Part shown: positions 37,782 through 47,668 of the stretch, one piece after another
How positions within the stretch are numbered: the first letter of the stretch is position 1
How the letters are laid out: every line of letters starts with the position of its first letter
NCBI GenBank assembly: GCA_963668675.2
Contig: CAXXMB010000001.1
Span: 640,001-704,000, forward strand
DNA: 64,000 bases
Origin: an uncultured Desulfatitalea sp.
GTDB taxonomy: Bacteria > Desulfobacterota > Desulfobacteria > Desulfobacterales > Desulfosarcinaceae
Reading direction: 5' to 3'
The notes under the pieces: generated by a model
The model's database searches: none
Seen by the model: the letters and a program-made list of their open reading frames with translations, nothing else
Told to the model about the DNA's origin: nothing
Position numbers and translations under genes: made by a program

Positions 37782-38570
37782 ATGCCTACACATTTTCATC
37801 AAAACCCCTCCGGTAAGATCATGTGCCTCCTGGTGATCAATATCCTTCTGATACTTGCGATCCACGGATGCGGATGGATCGCAGGCCCGCCCCAACTGGA
37901 TAAGGAAGCAGATGCATTGGTAGAGAGGTGGGGCGGGCACAATGCCAGGCTAAAGCAGGCCAAAGGGTTTATGCGTATAAAAATGGACACTTCCGGCAAC
38001 ACGCTCTCCGGTCGAGCAGGCTGGGCTGCCGTATTTCCGGATCGATTTCGGATCGAATTGCTCAGCTTTTTGGGGCAGCCATTGATGAAGTTCGCGGCGA
38101 ACGGCAAACGCATCGTTGTCGTTGTAAGCGGCGAGGAGAAGCCCTATTTGATCAAACAGAAGCCCGGGGCATTGGAAAAGATTATTCACATTCCGATGGG
38201 CGTTGAGGATCTGCTTAAAATTTTGAAGGGATGCCCACCCGAAACCGACCATGTCGCTGCACAGATGCGAAACGGAGATGGAAGTGAAGAGCGGGTGGTG
38301 CTGTTGGACAGATGGCATTCACGGGTAGCCGAATTGAAGGGCCATGACGATGGTTCAATCCGTGAGATGGCCGCCTTTGATAGCGACGGTGCCCTGCTGT
38401 ACAGAATCACATGGAGAGCCTGGATACTGAGCAAGGGGTACAGGATTCCCAAAGAGATAGAGGTGATGACGGGTAAAGGCGATCGTCTCACCCTGCTTGC
38501 CGATCGGTTCTACCCCGATCCATCCCTATCAAACGAACTTTTTGAGATGGAGAGCGTAGGACCGGTCTAA
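37782..38570 (+). CDS. Putative LolB/LolA-fold lipoprotein
   Basis: Hydrophobic signal with Cys (IHGC), PDRFRIELLSFLGQP; follows the TPR gene as lolB-like genes commonly do; start may be 37821. Confidence 0.6.
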   Translation: MPTHFHQNPSGKIMCLLVINILLILAIHGCGWIAGPPQLDKEADALVERWGGHNARLKQAKGFMRIKMDTSGNTLSGRAGWAAVFPDRFRIELLSFLGQPLMKFAANGKRIVVVVSGEEKPYLIKQKPGALEKIIHIPMGVEDLLKILKGCPPETDHVAAQMRNGDGSEERVVLLDRWHSRVAELKGHDDGSIREMAAFDSDGALLYRITWRAWILSKGYRIPKEIEVMTGKGDRLTLLADRFYPDPSLSNELFEMESVGPV

Positions 38571-38589
38571 CCGTTTATAATCACTATAG

Positions 38590-39087
38590 GTGATTCAGAT
38601 GGTTACAGCGCCGTTGCCGCGTCTGGTAGCCGATGCCAGTTTGGGAAAACTCGTTACCCATTTGCGATTGGCAGGTATCGATACACTGTTCGACCCGGGC
38701 ATCCCACACTCCGATCGTTTGGCCCGGCTCTCCCATGGAGAGCGGACCATACTCACCCGCTGTCATCGCATCAGAAGGGCGCTGCGTTCAAAGGCGCTTA
38801 TTTTTATTGCCAGTGACAATCCTGCTATGCAGATTCGCCAGGTGCTCTCAACGCTGGCCCTGAAACGATCGGATTTAATGCCGCTGTCACGTTGCGGCCG
38901 ATGCAACAGGCTACTTGAGGATGCGTCGAGGTCGCAACTTGTGGGGAGTGTTCCGGAGTATATCCTGCAAACCCGCAAGGTGTTCAAAAGATGTATGGTA
39001 TGTGGAAAAGTGTTTTGGGCCGGAAGCCATGCCGAACGATGGCTGAGAAATATCGACAGATGGTTCGAAGATGACGTTTGTCACTAA
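38590..39087 (+). CDS. Mut7-C RNase (PIN-like) domain protein
   Basis: ADASLGKL...LRLAGIDT, ILTR, SRCGRCN, CMVCGKVFWAGSH. Confidence 0.85.
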   Translation: MIQMVTAPLPRLVADASLGKLVTHLRLAGIDTLFDPGIPHSDRLARLSHGERTILTRCHRIRRALRSKALIFIASDNPAMQIRQVLSTLALKRSDLMPLSRCGRCNRLLEDASRSQLVGSVPEYILQTRKVFKRCMVCGKVFWAGSHAERWLRNIDRWFEDDVCH

Positions 39088-39255
39088 TGTTGCTTTCATT
39101 GCAAGAGGCCATGAATCTTGCTATATGGCCTAAGTTGTGACGAATAGAGCAACCGTGCACCATCGGGCGCGGTATGCCCTGATACATAACCCAGGTTCGA
39201 TGGGATGATGGCGGATCGCCGACCGTCCATCGAAAACCGAGGAAAGCGAGTTGAT

Positions 39256-40098
39256 ATGGCACCAAACGGAAATAAAACCGCCGGTCCTGCAGACCAGGGG
39301 GCACAACAGCAGGCCCAGGATGAAAAGATCAAACAGGTTCTGGGTAAAATCAAAACGAAACTGCTCGTGATGAGCGGAAAAGGCGGCGTTGGAAAGTCGA
39401 GCATCTCAGCCGGCCTGGCCGTCTCTCTGGCAGGCAAGGGATATGAGGTTGGTCTTCTCGATGTGGATATTCACGGGCCCAGTTTGGCCGGCATGATGGG
39501 CATCCAGGGGTTGCTCGATATCGACGCAGAGCATAAGGTCCTGCCCAAAGTGATAAACGATCACTTGAAGGTTGTCTCCATGCAATCTCTGATGCAAAAC
39601 AAGGATCAGGCCGTCATATGGAGAGGGCCGGCCAAATCGGGCGTCATCCAGCAATTTATTGGCGATGTGAAATGGGGGGATTTGGATTTTCTCATCGTCG
39701 ATGCCCCCCCGGGGACAGGTGACGAGCCCTTGAGCGTGGCCCAGACCATTACCGACGCAAAGGCGGTGATCGTGACGACACCCCAGGATGTCGCACTGGC
39801 GGATGTCCGCAAGTCGATCAATTTTTGCCGGACCATCGAGTTGAAGATGATGGGGCTAATCGAAAATATGGGGCCTTTTAGCTGTCCCTGTTGCGGTAAA
39901 ACAATCTCCCTGTTCAAAGAGGGGGGCGGCCAAAAGACCGCTTCCCAAATGGAGGTGCCGTTTCTGGGCACACTTCCGTTTGACGCTCAAGTGGTCAAAG
40001 CGCTTGACAGGGGCGCACCGTTGGAATTGCAGACCACGGCATCCGAATATGCGAAAGCCTTGGAAGGCATCGTGGAAAAAGTGGTGGCAGCTGCATAA
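39256..40098 (+). CDS. mrp: Mrp/NBP35 (ApbC) Fe-S cluster carrier ATPase
   Basis: SGKGGVGKS, DVDIHGPS, WRGP, DAPPGTGDE, ENM..F.CPCC. Confidence 0.9.
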   Translation: MAPNGNKTAGPADQGAQQQAQDEKIKQVLGKIKTKLLVMSGKGGVGKSSISAGLAVSLAGKGYEVGLLDVDIHGPSLAGMMGIQGLLDIDAEHKVLPKVINDHLKVVSMQSLMQNKDQAVIWRGPAKSGVIQQFIGDVKWGDLDFLIVDAPPGTGDEPLSVAQTITDAKAVIVTTPQDVALADVRKSINFCRTIELKMMGLIENMGPFSCPCCGKTISLFKEGGGQKTASQMEVPFLGTLPFDAQVVKALDRGAPLELQTTASEYAKALEGIVEKVVAAA

Positions 40099-40143
40099 CA
40101 GGGCAAGGACGGGCCCTTCTTTGTGCCCAATGGCAAAGGTGGC

Positions 40144-40941
40144 ATGAATCCATCAAACATCGATACGGCACCGCTTGTTGCCCTCGAGGGGCGCTTGCGG
40201 CGATGCCCGTTTGTGGTCACCTTGGGTGTGCGCCCAAACTATTCAGACTACAGCGCCGAAGAGAAGAGGCTTATCCAGCGGGCCGCCAAAATATACTACC
40301 CTTCGACCTTCTATGCCGAACTGTTGGACGCAATTGGAAAGAGAACCTTTCCCAGCTACCATACCTATAAAATCGCCCAGGACAAGATAAAGCAGACGGC
40401 CCTGTTCCAGATGGCCGGTATTCCCCATCCCCGAACCCGCGTCTTTTTCGGCAAACGGCAAAAACGTCAGATCCGGGACTATTTCAAGTTGCCACTGGTT
40501 GCAAAGGTGGCGCGCGGGTCGGCTTTGGGGCGCGGTGTATTTCTCATACGAACGCCCGGTGAACTGGAGCACTATTGCCAGAACCACTCGCCTGCCTATA
40601 TTCAGGAGTACTTAGCGATAGATAAAGACATTCGGGTGGTCGTCATAGGACGCAAAGCCGTACATGCTTATTGGCGGGTGGCACCCGAAGGGGAGTTCCG
40701 CACCAATGTCGCCCAGGGTGGAGAGATCGACCTCTCCCCCGTTCCGCAGGAAGCGATCCGTCTGGCAGAGCAAGCCGCAACGCTTTGCCACCTTGACGAT
40801 GTCGGTTTTGATATTTGCCATCACCAGGGAAACTTCATGGTGTTGGAGGCCAATATGAAGTATGGCCGTGAAGGTTTCAGGCAGTACGGTATTGACTTTG
40901 AAAAGATGATGGAGCGACTCATTGCAGATGGAGAGATCTGA
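40144..40941 (+). CDS. RimK-like ATP-grasp ligase
   Basis: DKIKQ..L, GSALGRGVFL, YIQEYL, DIRVVVIG, FRTNVAQGG, VLEAN. Confidence 0.85.
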   Translation: MNPSNIDTAPLVALEGRLRRCPFVVTLGVRPNYSDYSAEEKRLIQRAAKIYYPSTFYAELLDAIGKRTFPSYHTYKIAQDKIKQTALFQMAGIPHPRTRVFFGKRQKRQIRDYFKLPLVAKVARGSALGRGVFLIRTPGELEHYCQNHSPAYIQEYLAIDKDIRVVVIGRKAVHAYWRVAPEGEFRTNVAQGGEIDLSPVPQEAIRLAEQAATLCHLDDVGFDICHHQGNFMVLEANMKYGREGFRQYGIDFEKMMERLIADGEI

Positions 40942-42106
40942 GAAGATAGCGTTGACACTGTCGAAGTTGAAATCCGACCTCAACGATAGAGAGATCGGCA
41001 TCTTATCCTCCAGTGCCGCGCTCAGCAAAGCGGCGATTCGGCGCCATGAGGAGCAAAATGTTCAGTTCGGTTATCGGCAGGCGTATGCCCTGGATACCGA
41101 TCGGATATTGCACTCGATGGCTTACGCTCGCTATATCGACAAGACACAGGTTTTTTACCTCATTCGCAACGACCACATCACCCACCGCGTGCTGCACGTG
41201 CAACTCGTTTCTAAAATTGCACGCACGATCGGTCGATTTCTTCATCTGAATGAGGACCTGATCGAAGCCATCGCATTGGGGCACGACATCGGCCACACCC
41301 CCTTCGGGCATGACGGTGAACGCTACTTGAGCCTTCTGTGCCATGAGGCCGGAATCGGCCACTTTATGCACAACGTACAGAGTATCCAGTTTCTTGATTG
41401 CGTCGAACGCAAGGGCAGGGGGTGGAATTTAAGCTTGCAGACACTGGACGGCATTTTAGGCCACGACGGGGAGATCCATAACCAGGTGCTGCAACCCAAA
41501 GCGCAGAAAACATTCGACTCCCTGGCTGGTGAAATGGAGAAGAAGAAAGCCGATCCCGGTGTGGCCCTGATGCCGATGACACTGGAGGGGTGCGTGGTCA
41601 GGATGGCGGATACGGTGGCCTACATCGGTAGGGACCTGGAAGACGCCATCCGGCTCAATGTGATCCGGCGGACTGACCTGCCCAAAGCGGTCACATCGGT
41701 ACTGGGCGACAGCAACGGTACCATCGTTTACAATCTGGTGACCGACATCATCCACTGCAGCCACTCGCAACCCTACATCGCCCTCAGCGACCGTGTCTCC
41801 AAAGCGCTGAAACGCCTCAAGCGTTTCAACCTCGAACGTATCTATCTCAATCCGACCATCAAAAAGCACTCCGCGGCCATTCGCACCCTTTTTGAGCTTT
41901 TGTTCGAAACCTACCTTGACGATTTGCAGCGTGGGAATGAGAGCTCCAAGATTTTCAGTGGATTTCTGGCCGATATGTCCGATGAATACACCGCGTCGCA
42001 CCAGCCGGCAGAGATTGTGCGTGATTTTATCGCGGGCATGACAGACCGCTATTTTCTTCTCCAGTGTCCCGTGCATCTGCGTCCAAATGTGATCGATGTC
42101 TCTTGA
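40928..42106 (+). CDS. HD-domain dNTP triphosphohydrolase-like protein
   Basis: DTDRILHS..Y..Y..KTQVF, THRVLH, GHDIGHTPFGHDGE, ADTVAY..DLEDA, DFIAGMTDRY. Confidence 0.88.
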   Translation: MERSEKIALTLSKLKSDLNDREIGILSSSAALSKAAIRRHEEQNVQFGYRQAYALDTDRILHSMAYARYIDKTQVFYLIRNDHITHRVLHVQLVSKIARTIGRFLHLNEDLIEAIALGHDIGHTPFGHDGERYLSLLCHEAGIGHFMHNVQSIQFLDCVERKGRGWNLSLQTLDGILGHDGEIHNQVLQPKAQKTFDSLAGEMEKKKADPGVALMPMTLEGCVVRMADTVAYIGRDLEDAIRLNVIRRTDLPKAVTSVLGDSNGTIVYNLVTDIIHCSHSQPYIALSDRVSKALKRLKRFNLERIYLNPTIKKHSAAIRTLFELLFETYLDDLQRGNESSKIFSGFLADMSDEYTASHQPAEIVRDFIAGMTDRYFLLQCPVHLRPNVIDVS

Positions 42107-42256
42107 GTGTAAGTGGCTCGACGGGTGTGACACGGCGGCCCTTCGATCCGCAGCAATAGGACTTCCAGGGAAAAAAAGGTTGTGTTTTAAAATCGAAAAT
42201 TGTAACTATTAAAGCAATTTAATGCAATTATCGATTGGTGCTCAGGGAGAATCCGA

Positions 42257-42730
42257 ATGAAAAAGATAAAGATCGGAATATGGCTCATTATCATCCTGTT
42301 TCTTGGGCTTGTCGTCTATCAGAATAGCGACTTCTTTCTTGGTAAGGAGAGCTTGGGGATTGACCTTGTTTTCACCAAGTACCAGTCACCGGAATTGCCG
42401 GTGGTTCTCTTTTTTACCGGTCTCTTTTGCCTTGGTTGGTTGATGGCCTACCTTTCCGCGCTGGCGGAGCGTTTCAGGACCGGAAAGCAGATTAAAACAC
42501 TAAAGCAAACCAATAACGCCCAACAAAACGCCATCGACGAAATGAAGAGAGATGTCGAGGAACTTAAGCCACAGAACGCATCCGAAGTGAAACCGCCGCT
42601 CACCGCCGAAGAGGGGACGGCTGATCCTGATCCTGCACATGATTTTGCATCTGCACCTGATCCTGGACCTGATCTTGACACTCAATCCCAAACGGATCCC
42701 AAGTCGGGCCAGCCTGCGGATAAAAACTGA
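42257..42730 (+). CDS. LapA-like membrane protein
   Basis: TM-QN...P-TM-coiled coil architecture with acidic Pro-rich tail. Confidence 0.65.
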   Translation: MKKIKIGIWLIIILFLGLVVYQNSDFFLGKESLGIDLVFTKYQSPELPVVLFFTGLFCLGWLMAYLSALAERFRTGKQIKTLKQTNNAQQNAIDEMKRDVEELKPQNASEVKPPLTAEEGTADPDPAHDFASAPDPGPDLDTQSQTDPKSGQPADKN

Positions 42731-42833
42731 GCCATGCTGAGAACGACCGGGAGAGCGGGTTGGTCATCCCCTCATCAAGGACTTCGGTATTTCCCTTCCC
42801 ACGTTTTCACCCCAGAAAAAGCAACTGCTTGAT

Positions 42834-45458
42834 ATGAGCGCCCCCAAAACCACTCCCATGCTTCAGCAATATCTCTCCATCAAGGAGTCGTATAAGGATA
42901 CAATTCTGTTCTATCGGATGGGTGACTTCTACGAGATGTTTTTCGAGGATGCAAAAGTGGCCTCGAAGGACTTGGAGATTACCCTCACCTCGCGTAATAA
43001 AAGCGATTCGTCGCCGGTTCCCATGTGCGGTGTTCCCTATCGCGCTGCCCAAAGTTACATCGCACGGCTCATCGAAAAGGGCCACAAAGTGGCCATTTGC
43101 GATCAGGTCGAAGATCCGGCAACGGCCAAAGGTCTGGTCAAAAGAGAAGTGGTACGCGTTGTAACCCCTGGAATGATTGTCGAAAACGAGTTGCTGGACG
43201 CCAAATCAAACAACTACCTGCTTTCGCTGTCCATTGGCAAAAACACCTTGGGACTCGCCTACCTCGATATCTCCACCGGCCTGTTTCGTGTTGCCGAAAC
43301 AGACCACGCCAGGAAAATCGTCGAAGAGGTGCAGCAGATCTCTCCCAAGGAGGTGCTGTTGCCGGACGGAATGCAGGGTGAAGATGTGATGCGGGCTATC
43401 ATAAAAGCACTCGATGAACGGACCATCAACTGGCTGGATGCATCAAGTTTCGAGCCTTCCAGAGGGCGGAAGCGACTGATCGAACAGTTTAAGACACGCT
43501 CCCTGGAAGGATTCGGATGTCACCAAATGACCGCCGGTCTGGGGGCTGCCGGCGCCTTGCTCTCTTATGTACAGGAGACTCAGAAACAGACGGTCACCCA
43601 CCTGCAGCGTATCGAAACCTATCATCTTGAAGAGCATCTGGTGGTCGATCACATGAGCCGCCAGAACCTTGAACTGGAAGTCAATCTTCGTACCGGAAGC
43701 CGCCGCGGCACATTGATCAGTATCCTGGATCAGACGAAAACCGCCATGGGAGGCCGCGAGTTGAAACATTGGCTGCGCTACCCGCTGCTGCAGGTGCAAC
43801 AGATCGGTGACCGTCTGGACGCTGTGGAAGAGGCCTTGATTCAGGGGGATATTCGGAATCGTCTCATAGAGAGCCTGGCTTCGGTTTACGATCTGGAGCG
43901 TCTGAACAGCAAAATCGTCATGGGGCATGCCAATGCCCGCGATCTGCTGGCTCTGGGAAAGTCGCTCTCCGCCTTGCCCGACATATGGGATTTGCTGGGT
44001 GAGTTCAACAGCGCGCTTTTCAAGATCCAGATAGCGACAGACGAAATGGCCTCGTTAGGGGGGCTGATCGGAAGGGCTGTCCGGGAGGATGCACCGCCAA
44101 CGATCTCCGAAGGGGGGATGATCCGGACGGGATATCACGCCCCATTGGATGAACTGATTGAACTGTCCAAAAACGCTAAAAGCTACCTGGCCCGGCTCGA
44201 AGGGCGTGAGCGGGAAGCCACCGGCATCAGCACCTTGAAGGTCCGGTTCAATAAAGTTTTCGGATACTATATCGAAGTCTCCAAGGCTCAGGCCCGGCAA
44301 GTGCCGGACCACTACGTGCGCAAACAGACCCTGGTCAACGCTGAGCGTTATATCACCGACGAATTAAAGCAATTTGAAACCAAAGTGCTCGGCGCCGAAG
44401 AGAAGCGCTGCGCACTGGAGCTGGAGTTGTTTAACCGGATTCGGGACGAGGTGAAGGACAACAGTCACCACCTGCAGGCCGCCGCCCGTTTCCTGGCCCG
44501 GATCGATTGCCTGCTGTCCCTTGCCGAAGTGGCAGACCAGAACGACTATTGCCGCCCCCAGATCAATACCCACGGTAAGATTTACATCGAAGAGGGGCGT
44601 CATCCGGTTGTGGAGAAGATGATCCAAGGCGAGCGTTTTGTCCCCAACAGTGTCCTCCTCGACGACGATGCAAATCAGATCCTGGTGATCACCGGACCCA
44701 ACATGGCGGGCAAGTCAACGGCCTTGCGCCAGGTATCACTGCTCGTGCTCATGGCCCAGATGGGCTCTTTTGTGCCTGCCGAAGCGGCCGACATATCTGT
44801 GACCGATCGTATCTTTACACGGGTCGGCGCCCTGGACAATCTCTCTGCGGGACAGAGCACCTTCATGGTCGAAATGGAGGAGACGGCCAATATTCTTAAC
44901 AACGCCACCTCCCAAAGCCTTGTCATTATGGATGAAATCGGCCGCGGTACCAGTACTTACGACGGGTTGAGCATTGCCTGGGCGGTGGTGGCGTTTCTGC
45001 ACGACCTGAAGGGGCAGGGGGTAAAGACGCTTTTTGCCACCCACTACCACGAGCTGACCGAACTGGCCGAAAGCAGACCACGGGTGAAAAACTTCAACAT
45101 CGCCGTCAAAGAGTGGAATGACCAGATCATCTTCCTGCGCAAATTGATCCCCGGCGGGACCAACCGCAGCTACGGCATACAGGTGGCGCGGCTGGCCGGC
45201 ATTCCCGAGTCGGTGGTAAAGGAGGCAAAGGCGGTTCTGGAGCGGGTTGAAAATCACGCGCCGGCAGACGCCCGAATGGAGAGAGGAGCAGGGCGTTCAA
45301 CCGGTGCGCGCGCCGGACACGTCCAGTTGGAACTGTTTGCGTCGTATGAAACGGAAATTGTCGCGGCTTTGAAAGCCATTGATTTGAATTCGATCACACC
45401 CCTGGAGGCCTTGAATTTACTCCAGGGCCTGCAGGAAAAGATCAAGAAGACCGATTGA
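42834..45458 (+). CDS. mutS: DNA mismatch repair protein MutS
   Basis: TPMLQQY, YRMGDFYEMF, TGPNMAGKST, STFMVEM, DEIGRGTST, FATHYHEL. Confidence 0.98.
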   Translation: MSAPKTTPMLQQYLSIKESYKDTILFYRMGDFYEMFFEDAKVASKDLEITLTSRNKSDSSPVPMCGVPYRAAQSYIARLIEKGHKVAICDQVEDPATAKGLVKREVVRVVTPGMIVENELLDAKSNNYLLSLSIGKNTLGLAYLDISTGLFRVAETDHARKIVEEVQQISPKEVLLPDGMQGEDVMRAIIKALDERTINWLDASSFEPSRGRKRLIEQFKTRSLEGFGCHQMTAGLGAAGALLSYVQETQKQTVTHLQRIETYHLEEHLVVDHMSRQNLELEVNLRTGSRRGTLISILDQTKTAMGGRELKHWLRYPLLQVQQIGDRLDAVEEALIQGDIRNRLIESLASVYDLERLNSKIVMGHANARDLLALGKSLSALPDIWDLLGEFNSALFKIQIATDEMASLGGLIGRAVREDAPPTISEGGMIRTGYHAPLDELIELSKNAKSYLARLEGREREATGISTLKVRFNKVFGYYIEVSKAQARQVPDHYVRKQTLVNAERYITDELKQFETKVLGAEEKRCALELELFNRIRDEVKDNSHHLQAAARFLARIDCLLSLAEVADQNDYCRPQINTHGKIYIEEGRHPVVEKMIQGERFVPNSVLLDDDANQILVITGPNMAGKSTALRQVSLLVLMAQMGSFVPAEAADISVTDRIFTRVGALDNLSAGQSTFMVEMEETANILNNATSQSLVIMDEIGRGTSTYDGLSIAWAVVAFLHDLKGQGVKTLFATHYHELTELAESRPRVKNFNIAVKEWNDQIIFLRKLIPGGTNRSYGIQVARLAGIPESVVKEAKAVLERVENHAPADARMERGAGRSTGARAGHVQLELFASYETEIVAALKAIDLNSITPLEALNLLQGLQEKIKKTD

Positions 45459-45560
45459 CAACGGGCATCTCCCATGTTTTCTTGGACGCAAGGATTGACC
45501 TCCTGTCGGTGACATCTTTTTAACACAATTTATGGGGTTGATGAGATCGGCGTAAGCAAT

Positions 45561-47615
45561 ATGATCGAAAAACGAATTCCAGACGACATCCGGCGCAGGA
45601 GATACACATGCGCTTTCCTTTTGGCATGGTTCATTTTCTGTTGTTTAATTTCTTCGGCAGTTGCCACACCGGTATGGGCGGCGACGGTAAAATCAAAATA
45701 CTATACTGCAGAACGATGTGCGCTGGAGCTGCGTAAAAGCCCCAAACTCCAAAAGTACCGCGACCGCTGGATCCGATGCATTAAAAAATATCTGGCCGTC
45801 TATCGGCACGACCCGCACGGGCCATGGGCAGCAGCCGGCCTTTATAACGCAGGGATCATGTATGGTGAGCTCTTTCACCACTCCTACCTCGAATCGGATC
45901 GTCAGGAGTCGCTTGACCTGCTCGGGCGCGTTGTGCGCCACTTTCCCAAAAGTGGCTACAGCCCCAAGGCCGAAACGGCCATCGACCGAATGAACGGCAA
46001 GGCAACAAAGAGCGTCGAACAGGCCCCGAAACGCCCTTCAGCCGCCCAGTGGCTGGATAGAGCCCGAACAAACGACAAGCGGCTGGAGACGAAACCCGCA
46101 CTCCAGAAATACAGAGATCAATGGATCAAGTCGATCACCGCCTATCGAAACGCCTATCAGGCCGATCCAAGCGGGCCGCTGGCGCCTGCGGCCATGTATG
46201 GCATGGCTGACAGCTACGCCGGACTTTACAAGTGGTCACGTAGCGAGGTGGATCTAAACCAGTCCCGGAAAACGCTGGAGGACCTTGTTCAGCAATTTCC
46301 CAAAAATCGTTACGCGGAAAAAGCGCGCGACGATCTGGCGATGATGGCGCCCTCCAGTCCATACGCCACCGCATCCGATACCATATCCGAGATGCTCAGC
46401 TCGGCCGATAACGACACGCAGACGCCTGTCAACGCGTATCCGGATAGTGTCAGCGGTGATACCGCCATTGTGGAAGGGTTGCGGTTTTGGTCCAACCCGC
46501 GCTACACAAGGGTCGTAATCGATGCCAACCTGGACACCATTTTCACCTATCACGAGTTGCGGGAAGATCCCTCCCTGGGAAAGCCTCAGCGCATTTACAT
46601 CGATGTGCACAACAGCCGCCTGAGCAGGGACTTGCAAAAAGTCGTCCCGATCAACGACAACCTGCTCAGCGACGCGCGCGCCGGACAGTATAAAAGCGAT
46701 ACCGTACGTGTCGTCGTGGATATCAAGTCATCCAAGACATTTAAGATTTTTTCCTTGAAGAATCCTTTCCGTATCGTGCTGGATGTATGGGGCGCCGATA
46801 CAAGCGACACAGCCGAGAATACGCCTACTTTCCCGGGCGTCATTGGTCGCAGCAACGGCAAGTTGCCCCCCAGTGCCATCGTTAAACAGCTTGCACTGGG
46901 GGTGAGGCGCATCGTGATCGATCCGGGGCATGGCGGCAAGGATTACGGTGCCCCCGGCTATCTTAAAGGGGTACATGAAAAGAAAATCGTATTGCAAATC
47001 GGCAAAAGGCTCGCCAATAAAATCCGCAGTCAACTCAAGTGCGATGTGGTAATGACCAGAGATAGCGACACCTTCCTAAGTCTGGAAGAGCGGACCGCCA
47101 TTGCAAATACCCAGGGGGCCGATCTTTTTATCTCCATCCACACCAACGCCTCGCCGGACAAACGCGCCTATGGCATCGAGACGTTTATCTTGAACCTGGC
47201 CACTGATGACGAGGCGATCCGTGTGGCCGCCCGTGAGAATGCGACATCATTTAAGAACATCAGCGATCTCGATTCGATTTTGAAGGATCTGATGAACAAC
47301 GCCAAGGTGAGCGAATCCACCCGACTGGCTACCTATGTCCAGCAGGGCGCTTTGAAGGGACTGCGCAAGGAGTACAGCCACATCAGGAACAAGGGCGTTA
47401 AAAAAGCGCCGTTCTATGTGCTTCTCGGTGCAGAGATGCCCTCCATCTTGATCGAAACTTCGTTCATCAGCAACCCCCGGGAGTGTAAACGGTTGACCAA
47501 CGGACACTATCAGGACAAACTGTGCCAGGGTATTGTGGATGGCATTAAGCGGTATATCGAAGAGACCAACCCAATGGCACTTCGCCGACAAGCAAAGGAA
47601 GAGGAGGAGGGCTGA
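45561..47615 (+). CDS. N-acetylmuramoyl-L-alanine amidase (Amidase_3) with AMIN domain and duplicated TPR-like N-terminus
   Basis: YTRVVID and RVVVD (AMIN); VIDPGHGGKD.GA, EK, SIHTNA, ILIETSFISN. Confidence 0.92.
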   Translation: MIEKRIPDDIRRRRYTCAFLLAWFIFCCLISSAVATPVWAATVKSKYYTAERCALELRKSPKLQKYRDRWIRCIKKYLAVYRHDPHGPWAAAGLYNAGIMYGELFHHSYLESDRQESLDLLGRVVRHFPKSGYSPKAETAIDRMNGKATKSVEQAPKRPSAAQWLDRARTNDKRLETKPALQKYRDQWIKSITAYRNAYQADPSGPLAPAAMYGMADSYAGLYKWSRSEVDLNQSRKTLEDLVQQFPKNRYAEKARDDLAMMAPSSPYATASDTISEMLSSADNDTQTPVNAYPDSVSGDTAIVEGLRFWSNPRYTRVVIDANLDTIFTYHELREDPSLGKPQRIYIDVHNSRLSRDLQKVVPINDNLLSDARAGQYKSDTVRVVVDIKSSKTFKIFSLKNPFRIVLDVWGADTSDTAENTPTFPGVIGRSNGKLPPSAIVKQLALGVRRIVIDPGHGGKDYGAPGYLKGVHEKKIVLQIGKRLANKIRSQLKCDVVMTRDSDTFLSLEERTAIANTQGADLFISIHTNASPDKRAYGIETFILNLATDDEAIRVAARENATSFKNISDLDSILKDLMNNAKVSESTRLATYVQQGALKGLRKEYSHIRNKGVKKAPFYVLLGAEMPSILIETSFISNPRECKRLTNGHYQDKLCQGIVDGIKRYIEETNPMALRRQAKEEEEG

Positions 47616-47668
47616 TTTTCAGCCGACTTCCATCAGATAAAAAATCGACTCACAAGGAGGAGGCTTAG

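Noticed and set aside
38577..38597. TAATCACTATAGG resembles a T7/SP6 promoter
   Set aside because: Only a partial match in an otherwise native intergenic region; it is just a small palindrome (AATCAC-TATAG-GTGATT)
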